DNA from: Mobula birostris
Taxonomy: Eukaryota
Direction of reading: 5' to 3'
DNA length: 64,000 nt
Assembly: GCF_030028105.1 (NCBI RefSeq)
Contig: NC_092374.1
Coordinates: forward strand, 8,546,998-8,610,997
Positions 1 through 12,368 of the stretch are shown here, in pieces. Position 1 is the first letter of the stretch. The number at the start of each line of letters is the position of its first letter. The notes below the pieces were generated by a model that was given only the letters and a program-made list of their open reading frames with translations, had not been told where the DNA came from and ran no database searches. A program made the position numbers and the translations under genes.

Positions 1-54
1 GGCATCCTCTAATGCCTCCAAGGTCGGCGCCTTTAGAAATTCCTCAATCTCCAT
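1..54 (-). CDS. N-terminus of Gypsy gag-like ORF (MEIEEFLKAPTLEALEDA...), runs off the window
   Basis: ATG ~75 nt downstream of the PBS, open to position 1; resembles fish Gypsy gag starts. Confidence 0.55.
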   Translation of the reverse strand, partial: MEIEEFLKAPTLEALEDA

Positions 55-128
55 TTCTGCTGTTTGCCTTTTCTTTCTTTCGGGAATTTTAACCCAATCA
101 ATTTACCCTGTCCCAAATTTAGCATTTA

Positions 129-148
129 AAATCCCGGACGAGCCCCCA
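129..148 (-). promoter_or_regulatory. Primer-binding site complementary to the tRNA-Pro 3' end
   Basis: Plus strand AAATCCCGGACGAGCCCCCA matches the 3' 20 nt of vertebrate tRNA-Pro including CCA; it lies 4 nt from the LTR end. Confidence 0.9.
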
Positions 149-152
149 CTTA

Positions 153-995
153 TGTTACGTACCCCATAACTGGGTTGCCAAACCAGCAGAAATGGACCAC
201 TTAGTTGGAGTCTGGATTACTGGAACTAAGAAAGTTTTATTAAAGAAATAAGTAACACAGTACTCTAAACGTAAGGATATAAATGCAATCGGTTAGCAAT
301 GATAAAACACACATGTACACAGAACTAGGATTATAGGATCAATCAAGCTCTATCCCAGTCTAGGGGTAAAATGATCAGTCTCAAGTGACACAGAGTTCAG
401 TTCAGTTCAGTTCGTAGTAATCGCTGTTGTGCCGATGGGGGAGAGAGAGAGCGAATGATGATATTCAAATTGGATTCAACAGACCTTTGATATTCCTCGC
501 AGTTAGCTTTCGGGCGAGCCCTTTGTAATGTCTTCTGAGGTCACCGACTGTGACCCCTCCGTTCCGGATACAATCGTTCTTCTGCGGTGAACCCGACACC
601 CAGGCAAGGGCGGACACACACACCATGTTCCCGCCGATCGTACCTTCTCACCCTGTGCGTCTACGGTTGGTCCCGTGACCAGACCTCCACAACTCCCACC
701 AACTTGTGGGGGCACACCGCTCTTCTAGGGTCTCGTTATCTCGTGGTGTCATAGTGTGTGTTCCTCGCCTTAGCGAACCTGTTCCTTTTATCCTCCTGCT
801 GGAGTATCGCCTGTCCATCAAACTTCAAACAGTTCAGGTTCAAAGCAACCGGTCTAAACAATACTCGGAACTGTGTCTCTTTTCGTTAATATCTCTCGTC
901 TCTCTCTGATTAGCATTTTGAATGTTTCCCCCATTTGTCTCTCTCTTAACTCTCTTATTGGCATCAATCTTCTGATAACTTGGTATTTTATCACA
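153..995 (-). repeat. LTR, ~843 bp, TGT...ACA termini
   Basis: Terminal trinucleotides TGT/ACA; minus-strand AATAAA ~90 nt before the LTR 3' end; abuts the PBS. Confidence 0.75.
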
Positions 996-2215
996 GTTGC
1001 AAAGTTTGCAGATGATATGAAGGTAGGTGGAGAGGTAGGTCAATTTGAGGAAGTAGAGAGGCTACAGAAGGACTTAGACAGATTAGGAGAATGGGCAAAG
1101 AAATGGCAAATGGAATACAGTGTCAGGAAGTGTATGGTCATGGGTTGACTGTTTTCTAAATGGAGAGAAAATACAGAAAACTGAGGTGCAAAGGGAAGAG
1201 AGTCCTTGTGCAGGATTCTCTCAAGGTTAATTTGCAGGTTGAGTCTGTGGTGAAGAAGGCAAATGCAACGTTAGCATCCATTTCAAGAGGACTAGAATAT
1301 AAAAGCAAGGATGTAATGTTGAAACTTTATAAAGCCCTGGTGAGGCCTCACGGAGTATTGTGAGCAGGTTTGGGCCCCTTATCTTAGAAAGGAAGTGCTG
1401 AAACTGTAGAGGATTCAAAGGAGGTTCACAAAAATGATTCCAGGATTGAATGGCTTGTCATATGAAGAATGTTTGATGGCTCTGGGCCTTTATTCACTGG
1501 AATTCAGAAGAGTGAGCAGTGACCTAATTGAAACCTATTGAACGGTGAAAGGCCTTGATAGAGTGGATGTGGAGAGGTTGTTTCCGAATGTAGGAGAGTC
1601 TAAGACCAGAAGACATAGCCCCACAATAGTAAAGTAAAGGCATCGGTTAGTCTTGTGAGACCATGGATCTGCACCTGGAAAGCCTTCACTCTCCAGGGCA
1701 CAGGCCTGGGCAAGGTTGTATGGAAGACCAGCAGTTGCCCAAGCTGCAAGTCTCCCCTCTCTACAACACCAATGTTGTCCAAGGAAAGGGCATTAGGACC
1801 CATACAGCTTGGCACCAGTGTCGTCACAGAGCAATGTGTGATTAAGTGCCTTGCTCAAGGACACAACACGCTGCCTCGGCTGGGGCTCGAACTCACGACC
1901 TTCAGATCCCTAGTCCAATGCCTTAACCACTTGGCCATGTGCTCACAATAGAGGGGAGTCCTTTTAGTACGGAGATGAGGAGGAATTTCTTTAACCAGAG
2001 AGTGGCGAATCTGTGGTATTCTCTGGAGGCCAAGTCTTTATGTATCTTTAAGGGAGAGGTTGATAGATTTTTGATTGATCAGGGAATTATGAGATACGGG
2101 GGAAGACAAGAGACTGGGGCTGGACTGAGAGGAAAATTGGATCAGCCATGATGAAATGGCAAAACAGACCCAATGGGCAAAATGGCCTAATTCTGTTCCC
2201 ATATCTTTTAGTCTT
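996..2215 (+). mobile_element. CR1 LINE 3' fragment (degenerate), interrupted by a SINE
   Basis: KFADDMKVGG, WAKKWQMEY, LYKALVRPH and RRNFFNQRV motifs with frameshifts; CR1-type 3' UTR. Confidence 0.9.
1630..1942 (-). mobile_element. tRNA-derived SINE with CORE-like central segment
   Basis: A box TGGCCAAGTGG (1927-1937) and B box GTTCGAGCC (1884-1892) on minus; TGTGTCCTTGAGCAAGGCACTTAA CORE-like motif; (TTTAC)2 tail; TSD CACAATAG at 1622-1629 and 1944-1951. Confidence 0.85.
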
Positions 2216-2217
2216 AT

Positions 2218-2725
2218 GGTAAATAAGGCTGAAAGAGTACAGAGAAAATTTACAAGGATGTTGCCTCAAGTTATCTCTGGCTAAAGAGATGAGCTATATG
2301 GAAAGATTGACTAGGTTAGGACTTTATTCCTTGGAACACAGGAAAATGAGAGGAGATTTGATAGAGATGTACAAAATTATGAGGGTATAGATAGGGTAGA
2401 TACAAGCAGGCTTTTTCCACTGAGGTTGGGTGGGACAACAACTGGAGGCCAAGCATTAAGGGAGAAAGGCAAAAAATTTAAGACGAACACAAGGGGAGGC
2501 TTCTTCACTCAGAGGATTGTGAGGGTGTGGTATGAGTTGCTTGCACAAGTGCTGCCTATGAGTTTGATTTCAACTTTTAAGAGAAGTTTGGATAGGTACA
2601 TAGGTAGGTGGTAGTGATATGGGGGGCTATGGTCCTGCTGCAGTTCGATGGGACTGGACAGTTTAAATCATTCAGCACTGCAGCACTGACTAGGTGGGCA
2701 AAGAGCATGTTTCTGTGCTGTTCTT
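2218..2725 (+). mobile_element. CR1 LINE 3' fragment
   Basis: GGFFTQRIVRVWYELL...FKRSLDRY, typical of the CR1 ORF2 C-terminus. Confidence 0.8.
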
Positions 2726-2789
2726 TTCTATGACTCTAATTGAGCTAATCTATTATCTGCTAGCTTGCGGTCCTTCCCCTTCCCTGCAT

Positions 2790-2950
2790 TTTTATTCTGC
2801 CTTCCGCCCCCTTCCTTGCCAGTCCAGATGAAGGGTCTCAGCCTGAGACTGTTCATTTCCCTCTTTTGATGCTGCCTGACCTGCTGAGTTCTTCCAGTAT
2901 TGTGTGAGTGTTGCTCAAGATTTCCAGCATCTGCAGACCCTCTGGTGTCT
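2790..2950 (+). mobile_element. Penelope-like element 3' tail, degenerate hammerhead core
   Basis: CAGATGAAGGGTCTCAGCCTGAGAC...GATGCTGCCTGACCTGCTGAGTTC...CCAGCATCTGCAG; same family as 59704-60250. Confidence 0.7.
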
Positions 2951-3194
2951 CCGTCATTAGCAATGAAGTTCAAAGGCATTTGTTATCAAAGTACGTTAAT
3001 GTCACTATATACTATTCTGAATTAATTTTCCTGCAAGCATTCACAGCAGAACATAGAAATACAACATATTCAATGAAATACTGCACACAAAGACTGACAA
3101 ACAACCTATGCCTTTGGCAGCATCACTCAAACCCATAAAGGTCAAGGGCACTGGTGGACCCAAAGTTCAAAGTACATTTATTACCGAAGTATGT

Positions 3195-3555
3195 ATATGA
3201 GTAGCTGGGTGGAGATACGTCTCTACCAAAGGAGGTGTAAGATGCTCCTGCCCTCTGCTAGCCTGCAGGTCACCTTTAGGCAGGGTGTAGCACCTGCTTA
3301 GCCCTCACTCAGGGTCATGCGAGACTATGGGAGCAGGTGGTGGATGGTTGTATGAGCAGCTGGTGCATATCACCAGTCCTGGTTATGTGATCATTGATGC
3401 CAGGCAGAGTATTGAAAATGACTGGGTCACCCGTCTTGTAAAGACACTGACCAGAAGAAGGCAATGGAAGACCAGTTCCGTAGAAAAATTTGCCAAGGAC
3501 AATCACGGTCACGGAAAGACTAAGATTGCCCATGTCATACAAGATGGCACATACT
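3195..3555 (+). mobile_element. Probable RTE-related non-autonomous retroelement
   Basis: AGAAGGCAATGGAAGACCAGTTCCGTAGAAAAATTTGCC resembles the RTE/BovB-type 3' block; no ORF. Confidence 0.35.
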
Positions 3556-4039
3556 GAACAAACAAACAAATATATTGCCTTATGCTACAAAGAGATTCAT
3601 TTTCTTGTGAGCATTCACAGTAGCTGCAAAACTCAATAGAATTACAATAGATATTCACAATAGAATAAGCAAATACAATGGAGTCAATGAAAAACTACAA
3701 ACAGCCAATGTGCAAAAGAAGACAAACTCTGCAAATGCAATAATAAGTAATGAAATAATGATAATGAATAAGTAAGTATGTTTGTACATAATACCGAGGG
3801 CAGGAGTTGTAGCATCCTTGAAAGTGAGTAATAGATACATTATTGTCAGGTGTACCAAGATACAGTGAAATGCTTGTGTGCTATCCAGAGAGCTCTCTCC
3901 ACACACAAGTACATTGAGGTAGTACTATTAAATATAAGAGTGTAGAACATTGTGTCACAGTTACAGAGAAAGCACAGTGCAGGTGGACAGATACAGTGAC
4001 AGGACCACGATGTGCTGGATTGAGAGATCATAAGATGGT

Positions 4040-4310
4040 CATAGAGGAGGTCAGTTCAAGAGTCTGACAACAGTGGGGCAGAAGCTGTCCCTGAGATACT
4101 GGCATGTGCTTTCAGGCTTTTGACTCTTTTGGACTGAAAGAAGGGGAGAGGAAGGAGAATAGGTGTGATGGGACTGGTCTCTGATTATGTTGGATGTTTT
4201 CCTGAGGCAGTGGGAAGTGTAGGCAGAATCCATGGAGGGAAGGCTGGTTTCTGTGATATACTGGCCCACATTCAATAAGAAACGTCCCTGTGTTGGAAAT
4301 AGAGAATGTG
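4040..4310 (-). mobile_element. Rex1/Babar-type LINE 3' fragment
   Basis: SLPSMDSAYTSHCLRKTSNII...DSFCPTVVRLLN. Confidence 0.75.
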
Positions 4311-4352
4311 TGAGGGGAGACAGGGTGGACAAACTATAAAGTGCTTAAAACA

Positions 4353-5193
4353 TCCTTCTATCATCAGCAAGGGAGATGAGGCTGAGTACAGGGCAACGGT
4401 ACGAAACTTTGTCACGTAGTGTGAGCAGAATTATCTGCAGCTTAATGTGAAAAAGACTAAGGAGCTGGTGGTAGACCTGAGGAGAACTAGGTCACCAGTG
4501 ACCCCTGTTTCCATCCAGGGGGTCAGTGTGGACATGGTGGAGGATTACAAATACTTGGGGATACGAATTGACAATAAACTGGACTGGTCAAAGAACACTG
4601 AGGTTGTCTACAAGAAGGGTCAGAGCCGTCTCTATTTCCTGAAGAGACTGAGGTCCTCTAACATCTGCCAGACGCTGCTGAGGATGTCCTACGAGTCTGT
4701 GGTGGCCAGTGCAATAATGTTTGCTGTTGTGTGCTGGGGCAGCAGGCTGAGGGTAGCAGACACCAACAGAATCAACAAACTCATTCGTAAGGCCAGTGCT
4801 GTTGTGGGGATGGAACTGGACTCTCTGACGGTGGTGTCTGAAAAGAGGATGCTGTCCAAGTTGCATGTCATCTTGGACAATGTCTCCCATCCACTACATA
4901 ATGTACTGGGTGGGCACAGGAGTACATTCAGCCAGAGACTCATTCCACCAAGATGCAACACTGAGCATCATAGGAAGTCATTCCTGCCTGTGGCCATCAA
5001 ACTTTACAACTCCTCCCTTGGAGGGTCAGACACGCTGAGCCAATAGGCTGGTCCTGGACTTATTTCCTGGCTTAATTTACATATTACTATTTAATTATTT
5101 ATGGTTTTATTACCATTTAATTTTTTATGGTGCAACTGTAACGAAAACCAATTTCCCCCAGGATCAATAAAGTATGACTATGACTATGACTAT
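4353..5193 (+). mobile_element. Rex1/Babar-type LINE, 5'-truncated, (TATGAC)n tail
   Basis: ORF 4447-5046 KTKELVVDLRR...YKYLG...SFLPVAIKLYN; ends GGATCAATAAAG(TATGAC)3TAT. Confidence 0.9.
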
Positions 5194-6804
5194 ACTGGAA
5201 CTGATCTGTAATTCTGTGAATCGGAGTGGAAATCTGGTTTATCACTGACATGTGAAATTTATTGTTTTGTGGCAGCAGTACCGTGCAATACATTAAAAAT
5301 ACTAAAAGTTACAATAAGAAATATATGAAAAGTAAATAAATAGGTAGTCCAAAAAGAGAGTGGACGGTGCGTCACTGTTCATGGATTCAGAAATCCGATG
5401 GCGGGGTGGAGGAATATTTCTAAAATGTCAATAAATGGGAAATGTATCTTCCTCATACAATAACTGAAACTGATTTTAATTGGTCTTATTTTATCCACAG
5501 AGATGATCCAGACTAATCCATTGTTGGAGACCGAGAACCCATTTTTCTCCCTTCACACACAGGAACTTCTCCTGCCCCAACTTCTCTGCAACTGAGTGCT
5601 TCTGCTGATCTGAGCAGCAATCATTTGTTGTATGGGGTCTGCCGTTCCCTCCAATCTGCATGGGTGTGTGGCTGCGCCGTGACTTAAGTGCTCTCGTATG
5701 TGTAGACTTTGTTGCCACACTGCTGAATTTTTCTTTTTCACGATGTTAATGTTAATATAATTTTGAAATCTATGTTAATATAAATGTGTAATTAATTTTG
5801 TTAGTAAATATAATCCATAAATTTTCTAAATAATAAATGTACCACAACCTTTACTTTGAAACATATTTACATTGTTAGTGTTTCAAGTTACAATACTGTT
5901 ACAAATTGTAACAATAAACACAGAATGGAAGTCTGTATCACATTGTTAATAAACTATCAGCCTTCTGAATGTCGATATTGTCTAAGTTTAAAAGTTTATG
6001 AAATGTGAAATATTTTCTTTGTTGTACTACTCTTCAATTAATAAATAAAATTAAAAGGTATTTGATTTTTCAATTTTCATTCTAAATTTACATAGTATAC
6101 ATATTACAAAAATATGCAATTTTGAGGCAAGGAAGAGACTTCCTGCTCAGAGCAATGGTTGATCCACACAGCTGTATAGAGGAAACATTGGTGGTGGCTG
6201 GTCTGATGTGCAAATTCCATCCTGTTAAAGAGCTACTCTGCAATACTGATTCTCCATACCAGCATCTGCAATGAATGAGCGTGTATTCTCCTCTGATAAA
6301 CATCTTCATAAATACCCAGGGACAGAAATTTGGACACGTTTATTTCACACGGGGCAGGGGTGTAGAGTAGCAAAGAGAGGGGGAGGTGAGGGAAGAGGGG
6401 CAGAGGGTGGAAGGGGTTTAAGAAGGAGTATGAGAGCTGATGGGGTGTGAGAGGAAGGATTGAGAAAAAACCTGTGGGTAGACATAGGTGTGCACACAAC
6501 TGCAGTAGTGAAGACAGAAGAATATATTATTGCCAAAGTATACATGCCCCACACAGACCACCAAGTTCACAAATTCAGACACGTTTAATTGCAGTGAATT
6601 ACAGAGATAACTGCTTACACACACAATGCTTGCATTTGCAAGCATGTGCACACATAGAACATAAAACATAGAAAGTACAGCACAGCATTGGCCCTTTGAC
6701 TCATGATTCCAAGATCAATCTAACAGTTCCCTCTCACTTGGCTGTCCATTTTTGTATTATCTATGTGCCTATACAAGAGTTTTTTTTTACCTTATTTTCC
6801 GTCT

Positions 6805-7225
6805 TGGTAATCTCCAACCTGATGACATGAATATCGATTTCTTCTTCTGGTTAAAAAAATTCCCTACCCTTCCCCTCTTCTATTAACCACTCTGGCCTCT
6901 TACCTTTTCTCACCAAGCTATCACCTCCCCCTGGTGCCCCTTCTCCTTCTCCTTCTCCTTCTCCTTCTCCTTTTCCTATGGTCCAAGCTCCTCTCCTATC
7001 AGATTCCTTCCTCTCCTGCCCTTTACCTTTCCTATCCACCAGGCTTCACCTATCACCTTCTAGTTATCCTCTTTCACCCCCGCCCACTTTTTTATGCTGG
7101 TATTTTCCCCCTTCCTTTCCAGTCCTCATGAAGATCTCAGCTTGAAACATTGATTGTTTATTCCTGTCCATAGATGCTGCCTGACCTGCTGAGTTCCTTC
7201 AGTGTTTTCTGTGTGTTGCTGAGGG
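6805..7225 (+). mobile_element. Penelope-like element 3' end (end of GIY-YIG ORF plus tail, degenerate hammerhead)
   Basis: GNLQPDDMNIDF, then a pyrimidine-rich tract containing (TCTCCT)n, CTCATGAAGATCTCAGCTTGAAACAT and GATGCTGCCTGACCTGCTGAG. Confidence 0.75.
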
Positions 7226-7299
7226 TTTCTTAAATCTCCCTATACTTTTGTGGAATCAACTTAAAATGCTGCCCTCTCATATTAGCCATTGTCATCTTC

Positions 7300-7575
7300 G
7301 GAAAAAGGCACATGGACACACAAAGATGTATACCATACACACACACGCACATACACGTGCTTGCATGCGCACAAACAAATACTTGTAGCTGCACTATTAA
7401 TGTTAGCATGCAAAATCACAAATGTATAAACACACATATGCAGACATGTACATAAACACACACATGCACAAACAAATCCATGCACACGCATGCATAATCT
7501 GCACTTGCACACACTTGTGCAAACATGCACATACATGCATGCACACACATGTATATACACATACACACACACTAA
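7300..7575. repeat. Degenerate CA/TG-rich microsatellite
   Basis: Interrupted (CA)n and CATG runs. Confidence 0.8.
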
Positions 7576-7851
7576 CTTACAGATAATAGCAAGTTTACAG
7601 TGTGAAATTCTAGAAAGGAGAACAGAAGTAATTGCGAGAGTTTCCATTTCACAATGAGTTGGGAAATGCTCCTCTAATCCTCTGGACACCGGGACATTCA
7701 CAACCCATCCTGTTGGCCACAGGATTAACTTTTGCCCTTTGGCTCTGGTCAATTCAGTTCTTCAGCCCCTGAAAGGATCCCTAGTATTTGTCCTTCTTAC
7801 CTCTGTCAATATGATGGTCTGTGTTTTTGTTCAGTGTTTCTTTTCTTTTGT

Positions 7852-8420
7852 AATTTTTTTTTTTTGAAGTTCATCATCAAACTAAACCTTCCATAACATG
7901 TATTTCAGATACTGTACATATTTATCATATAGTCATATTTGTCACAGATCTCCACATAATATTTATCTGAGGTATACACTTATAGAAAGGAGAGGAAAGA
8001 AAGAACAATCAAAAGGAGAAAACTATGTACAGGGTAGAGAGTGATTTTTTTACAACATATTCATTGACTTGTGAGAATAAAATCAGGCCTATGAGGTGTT
8101 ATGTAGTTAAACCATTTTTCCCGGTATGAATCAAATTGTTCCAACTTATGATTAACAGATGCTGTTATCTTCTTCATTTTGTAAATGTCGACTGTATTTT
8201 GTATCCATACATTTAAAGCTGGGCTCTCCTGTGATAAACATTTCCTGGTGAGAGTCTTTTCACCAGCCACCAGCAGTATTCTCATTAAATATTTATCTCT
8301 TTTCAACCATTCTTGAGGTATATACCCAAAATATATGATCTTACTTTCCAAAAGTAGTTGATTGACCGAGGACCATGATACAAACAACTGCGTGGACATT
8401 GACTCATCTTTAGTGATAAT
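7852..8420 (-). mobile_element. L1-clade LINE 3' end with poly(A)
   Basis: LTRKCLSQESPALNVW...KITASVNHKLEQF...KWFNYI; T-run at ~7852-7865 on plus. Confidence 0.8.
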
Positions 8421-8659
8421 GTGAAATACAATTTTTCATAAAGTCAGAGTGTGGGAGACCACTCAGTCCATCATGCCTATCCTGTGCTATCATTTACTTT
8501 CAATGTGTACATTTTATGTCAGATCAGGATATTGCCAGCCACTGCCCTGTTCCTTACTGATGGGAGAGTTGGTGGTGGGTCTGGGAGGAGTAATTGAGTA
8601 CCCTTGGTGATTAATTGCAGTGCATCTTGTAGGTGGTAACACTGAAGCCACTGTGAAGC

Positions 8660-9565
8660 CACGGTATTGGTACTGGTTATTATTCTCACATAAGACCACA
8701 GGACACAGGAACAGAATTAAGCCACCTGGCCCATCAAGTCTGCTCCGCCATTCGATCATGGCTGCCCCAGTTCCTGGCCTTCTCCCCGTAACCTTTGATG
8801 CCCTGTCCAATCAAGAAGTTATCAATCTCTGCTTTAAATACACCCAACAACTTGAACTCCACAGGTGCATGTGGCAACAAATTCCACAAATTCCACCCTT
8901 TGGTTAAAGAAATTTCTCCGCATCTGTGTTTTGAAAGGCACCCCTCTGTCCTGAGGCTGTGCCCTTATGTCCTAGACTCTCCCACCATAGGAAACATCCT
9001 TTCCACATCTACTCTGTCTAGGCCTTTCAACATCTGAAAGGTTTCAATGAAGTGCCCCCCTCATCCTTCTGAATTCCAGCAAGTACAAACCCTCAGCCAT
9101 CAAATGTTCTTCATGTGATAACCCTTTCATTCCTGGAATCATCCTTGTGAATCTCCTCTGGACCCTCTCCAATGCCAGCACATCTTTCCTAAGATAAGGA
9201 GCCCAAAACTCTTCACAATACTCAAGGTGAGGCCTCACCAGTGCCTTATAAAGCCTCAACATCACATCCCTGCTCTTGTATTCTCGACCTCTTGAAATGA
9301 ACGCCAACATGGCATTTGCCTTTTTCACCACCGACTCAACCTGCAAGTTAACCTTCAGGGTGTTCTGTACAAGGACTCCCAAGTCCCTTTGCATCTCAGA
9401 TTACTGGATTTTCTCCCTGTTTAGAAAATAGTCTGCACATTTATTTCTACTACCAAAGTGCATCACCATGGATTTTCCAACATTGTATTTAATATGCCAC
9501 TTTCTTACCCATTATCCTAACCTGTTGTCCTCCTCCATCCTACCTGTTTCCTCTACCTGCCCCTC
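8660..9565 (-). mobile_element. CR1 LINE 3' fragment
   Basis: QRDLGVLVQ...LYKALVRPHLEYC...LERVQRRFTRMIPG. Confidence 0.9.
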
Positions 9566-9566
9566 C

Positions 9567-10935
9567 AGTCTTACCTCAGTGGTGGGCAAGTTGCTGAAGA
9601 TCCTGAGAGCCAGGATTTATGAGCATTTTGAGAGACTTAATCTGATTAGGGATAGTCAGCATGGCTTTGTCCACAGCAGGTCGTGCCTTATGAGTCTGAT
9701 TTGAATTCTTTGAGGATGTAACAAAACACATTGATGAAGATAGAGTAGTAGACGTAGTGTATATTGATTTCAGTAAAGCATTTGATAAGGTTCCCCATTT
9801 AAGGCTCATTCAGAAAATAAGGAGGCATGGGATCCAATGGAACATTGTTTTGTGAATCCAGAATTGGCTTGTCCACAGAAGGCAAAAAGTGGTTGTAAAT
9901 GGTTCGTATTCTGCGTGGAGGTCAGTGACCAGTGGTGTTCCACATAGCTCTGTTCTGGGACCCCTACTCTTTGTGATTTTTATAAATGACTTGATGAGGA
10001 AGTAGAAGAGTGAGTTAGAAAGTTTGCTGATGACACAAAGGTTGGGGTGTTGTGGATAATCTGGAAGGTTGTCAGAGGTTACAGTGGGACATCAATAGGA
10101 TGCAGAACTGGGCTGAGAAGTATGAGATGGACTTCAACTTAGATAAATGTGAAAGTGTTCATTTCGGTACGTCAAATATGAAGATAGAATATAATATTAA
10201 TGGTAAGACTCTTGGCGGTGTGGAGGATCAGAGAGATCTTGGGGTCTGTGTCTATAGGACACTCAAAGCTGCTGCGCAGGTTGACAATGCTGTTAAGAAG
10301 GCATATGGTGTGTTGCCTTCATCAACTGTGGGATTGAGATGAAGAGCCGTGAGGTAATGTTACAGCTTTAATAGACCTTGGTTAGACCCATGTGGAGTAC
10401 TGTGTTCAATTCTGGTCACCTCACTACAGGAAGGATGTGGATACTATAGAGAGAGTGCAGAGGAGATTCACAAGTATATTGCCGGGATTGGAGGTTGTAC
10501 CTTATGAGAACAGGTTGAGTGAACTTAGCCTTTCCTCCCTGAAGTGACGGAGAATGAGAGTTGACCTGATAGAGGTGTATAAGATGATGAGAGGCATTGA
10601 CCATGTGGATAGCCAGAGGCTTTTTCCCAGGACTGAAGTGGTTAACATGAGGGGGCACAGTTTTAAGGTGCTTGGAAATAGGTACTGAGGGATATCAGGG
10701 GTAAGTTCTTCATGCAGAGAATGGTGGGTGTGTGGAATGTATTGCTGGCAATGGTGGTACAGGCGGATACAATAGGTTTTTGTTAAGAACCTTTTAAATA
10801 GTTACAAGGAGCTTAGAAAAATAGACTATATGTGGTAGGGAAATTTTAGGTAGTTTCCAGAGCAGATTACATGATCGGCACAACATTGTGGGCCAAAGGG
10901 CCTGTAATGTGCTGTAGATTTCTATGTTCTATGTT
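9567..10935 (+). mobile_element. CR1 LINE RT-to-3'-end fragment, 5'-to-5' with the previous copy
   Basis: SLTSVVGKLL, DSQHGFV, DFSKAFDKVPH, KFADDTKV with frameshifts. Confidence 0.9.
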
Positions 10936-10939
10936 CTTA

Positions 10940-11090
10940 AGCAACACACAGAAAAGGCTCCAGGAACTCAGCAAATCACAATCACATGAGATTCTACAGA
11001 CGACGAAAATCCAAAGCTGGAGGAACTCAGCAGCTATGGAAAGGAAGTCAATGTTTCGGGCTGAGAACTTTCTTTGGGTCTGGAAAGGAA
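10940..11090 (-). mobile_element. Degenerate Penelope-like tail
   Basis: GCTGGAGGAACTCAGCAG...ATGTTTCGGGCTGAGAAC. Confidence 0.55.
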
Positions 11091-11329
11091 GAGGAAAGAA
11101 GCCCGAATAAGAAGTTGGGGGAGGGGAAGGTGTACAAACCAGGTGTATATCTCAGAGATTTGTTTTCTTGCAAGCATACTTAATAAATCGATTTCTCTGT
11201 TATTACTCATAATAGAATCAATGAAAGACTTCACCAACTTTGGCAATCAACCAGTGTGCAAAATACACTAAATGCAAATATAAAAAGGAAGAAATAATAA
11301 TAATAAATGAATAATAAGCAATAAATATT

Positions 11330-12365
11330 AAGGACAACAGATGAAGAATCCTTGAAAGTGAGTCCATAGGTTGTGGAAACATTTCGATGATGAAGTGAAG
11401 TTGAATGAATTTATCCCTTTGGTTTAAGAGCTTGATGGTTGAGAGTAATAACTGTTCCCGAACCTGGTGATGTGAGTCCTGAGGCTTCTGTACCTTCATC
11501 CTGATGGCATCAGTGAGAAGGAAGCATGTTCTTGTGGTGGGGGTCCCCTGATGTTGGGTGCTGCTTTTCTGCATCAATGTTTTGTGTAGGTGTGCTCAAT
11601 GGTGGAGAGGGCTTTACCTGTGATCCATTACTTTTTGCAGGATATTTCTTTCAAGGGCATTTGTGTTTCCATACCAGGCTTTGATGCAGTCAGTCAACAT
11701 ACTCTCCACGACACATCTTTAGAAGTTCTTCAAAGGTTTAGATGTCATGCCTAATGTTTGCAAACTTCTAATGAAGTAGAGGCATTGCTGTCCTTGCTTT
11801 GTAATTGCAGTTACATGCTGGGCCCAGGACAGGTCCTCTGTAATGATATAACCCAGGAATTTAAAGTTGCTGACCCTCTCCACGTCTGAACCTCTGATGA
11901 GGACTGGCTCATGGACCTCTGTTTTCCTCTTCCTGAAGTCAATAATCAGCTCATTGGTCTTGCTGACATTGAGTCAGAGGTTGTTATTGTGGCTCCAGTC
12001 AGCCAGATTTTCAGTATCCCTCCTATATGCAGATTTGTCGCCACCTTTGATTTTGCCTACGACAGTGGTGTCAGCAATCTTGAATATGGCATTGGAGCCT
12101 CACAGTCATAAGTAAAGCAAGTAGAGCAGGGAGCTAAGTGCACAGCCTTGTGGTGCACCTGTGCTGATAGAGACTTTGGAGGAGTTGTTGTTGCCAATTC
12201 AAACTGACTGAGGTCCTCATGTGAGGAAATCAAGTATCCAATTCAAGAAAACTCTCTTTACGAGGAGGCTGAAGAGAGGTAGACTATGCACATCAATACT
12301 TACACCTTTCTTCAGATGTGCAATAGAGAGCACCTTAACATGCTGCATCACTGCATGGAATGGAA
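11330..12365 (-). mobile_element. Rex1/Babar-type LINE fragment
   Basis: Reverse strand LLDFLT, NLNVSKTNELIIDFRK, FKFLG, EQLLLSTIKLLN-type motifs. Confidence 0.75.
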
Positions 12366-12368
12366 ACT

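Larger units (their letters stand above)
1..995 (-). mobile_element. 5' end of a Gypsy-type LTR retrotransposon (5' LTR, PBS, start of gag); element continues left of the window
   Basis: On the minus strand: LTR TGTGATAAA(995)...CGTAACA(153), 4-nt spacer, PBS TGGGGGCTCGTCCGGGATTT, then ATG at 54. CR1 sequence (VAKFADD) begins directly at 996. Confidence 0.85.

Noticed and set aside
5500-6050. Possible terminal exon of an upstream gene (acceptor-like ttttatccacag or cttcacacacag, short frame ...TSPAPTSLQLSASADLSS...*, then AT-rich DNA with several AATAAA)
   Set aside because: There is no recognisable protein similarity and no partner exon in the window. It cannot be supported without transcript data.
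7282-7752. 156-aa Cys/Val-rich ORF
   Set aside because: It is the translation of a degenerate (TG)n microsatellite.
8660-10935. Opposed CR1 pieces as one 5'-inverted insertion
   Set aside because: Both pieces cover the same 3' region and differ in sequence, so they are two independent copies.
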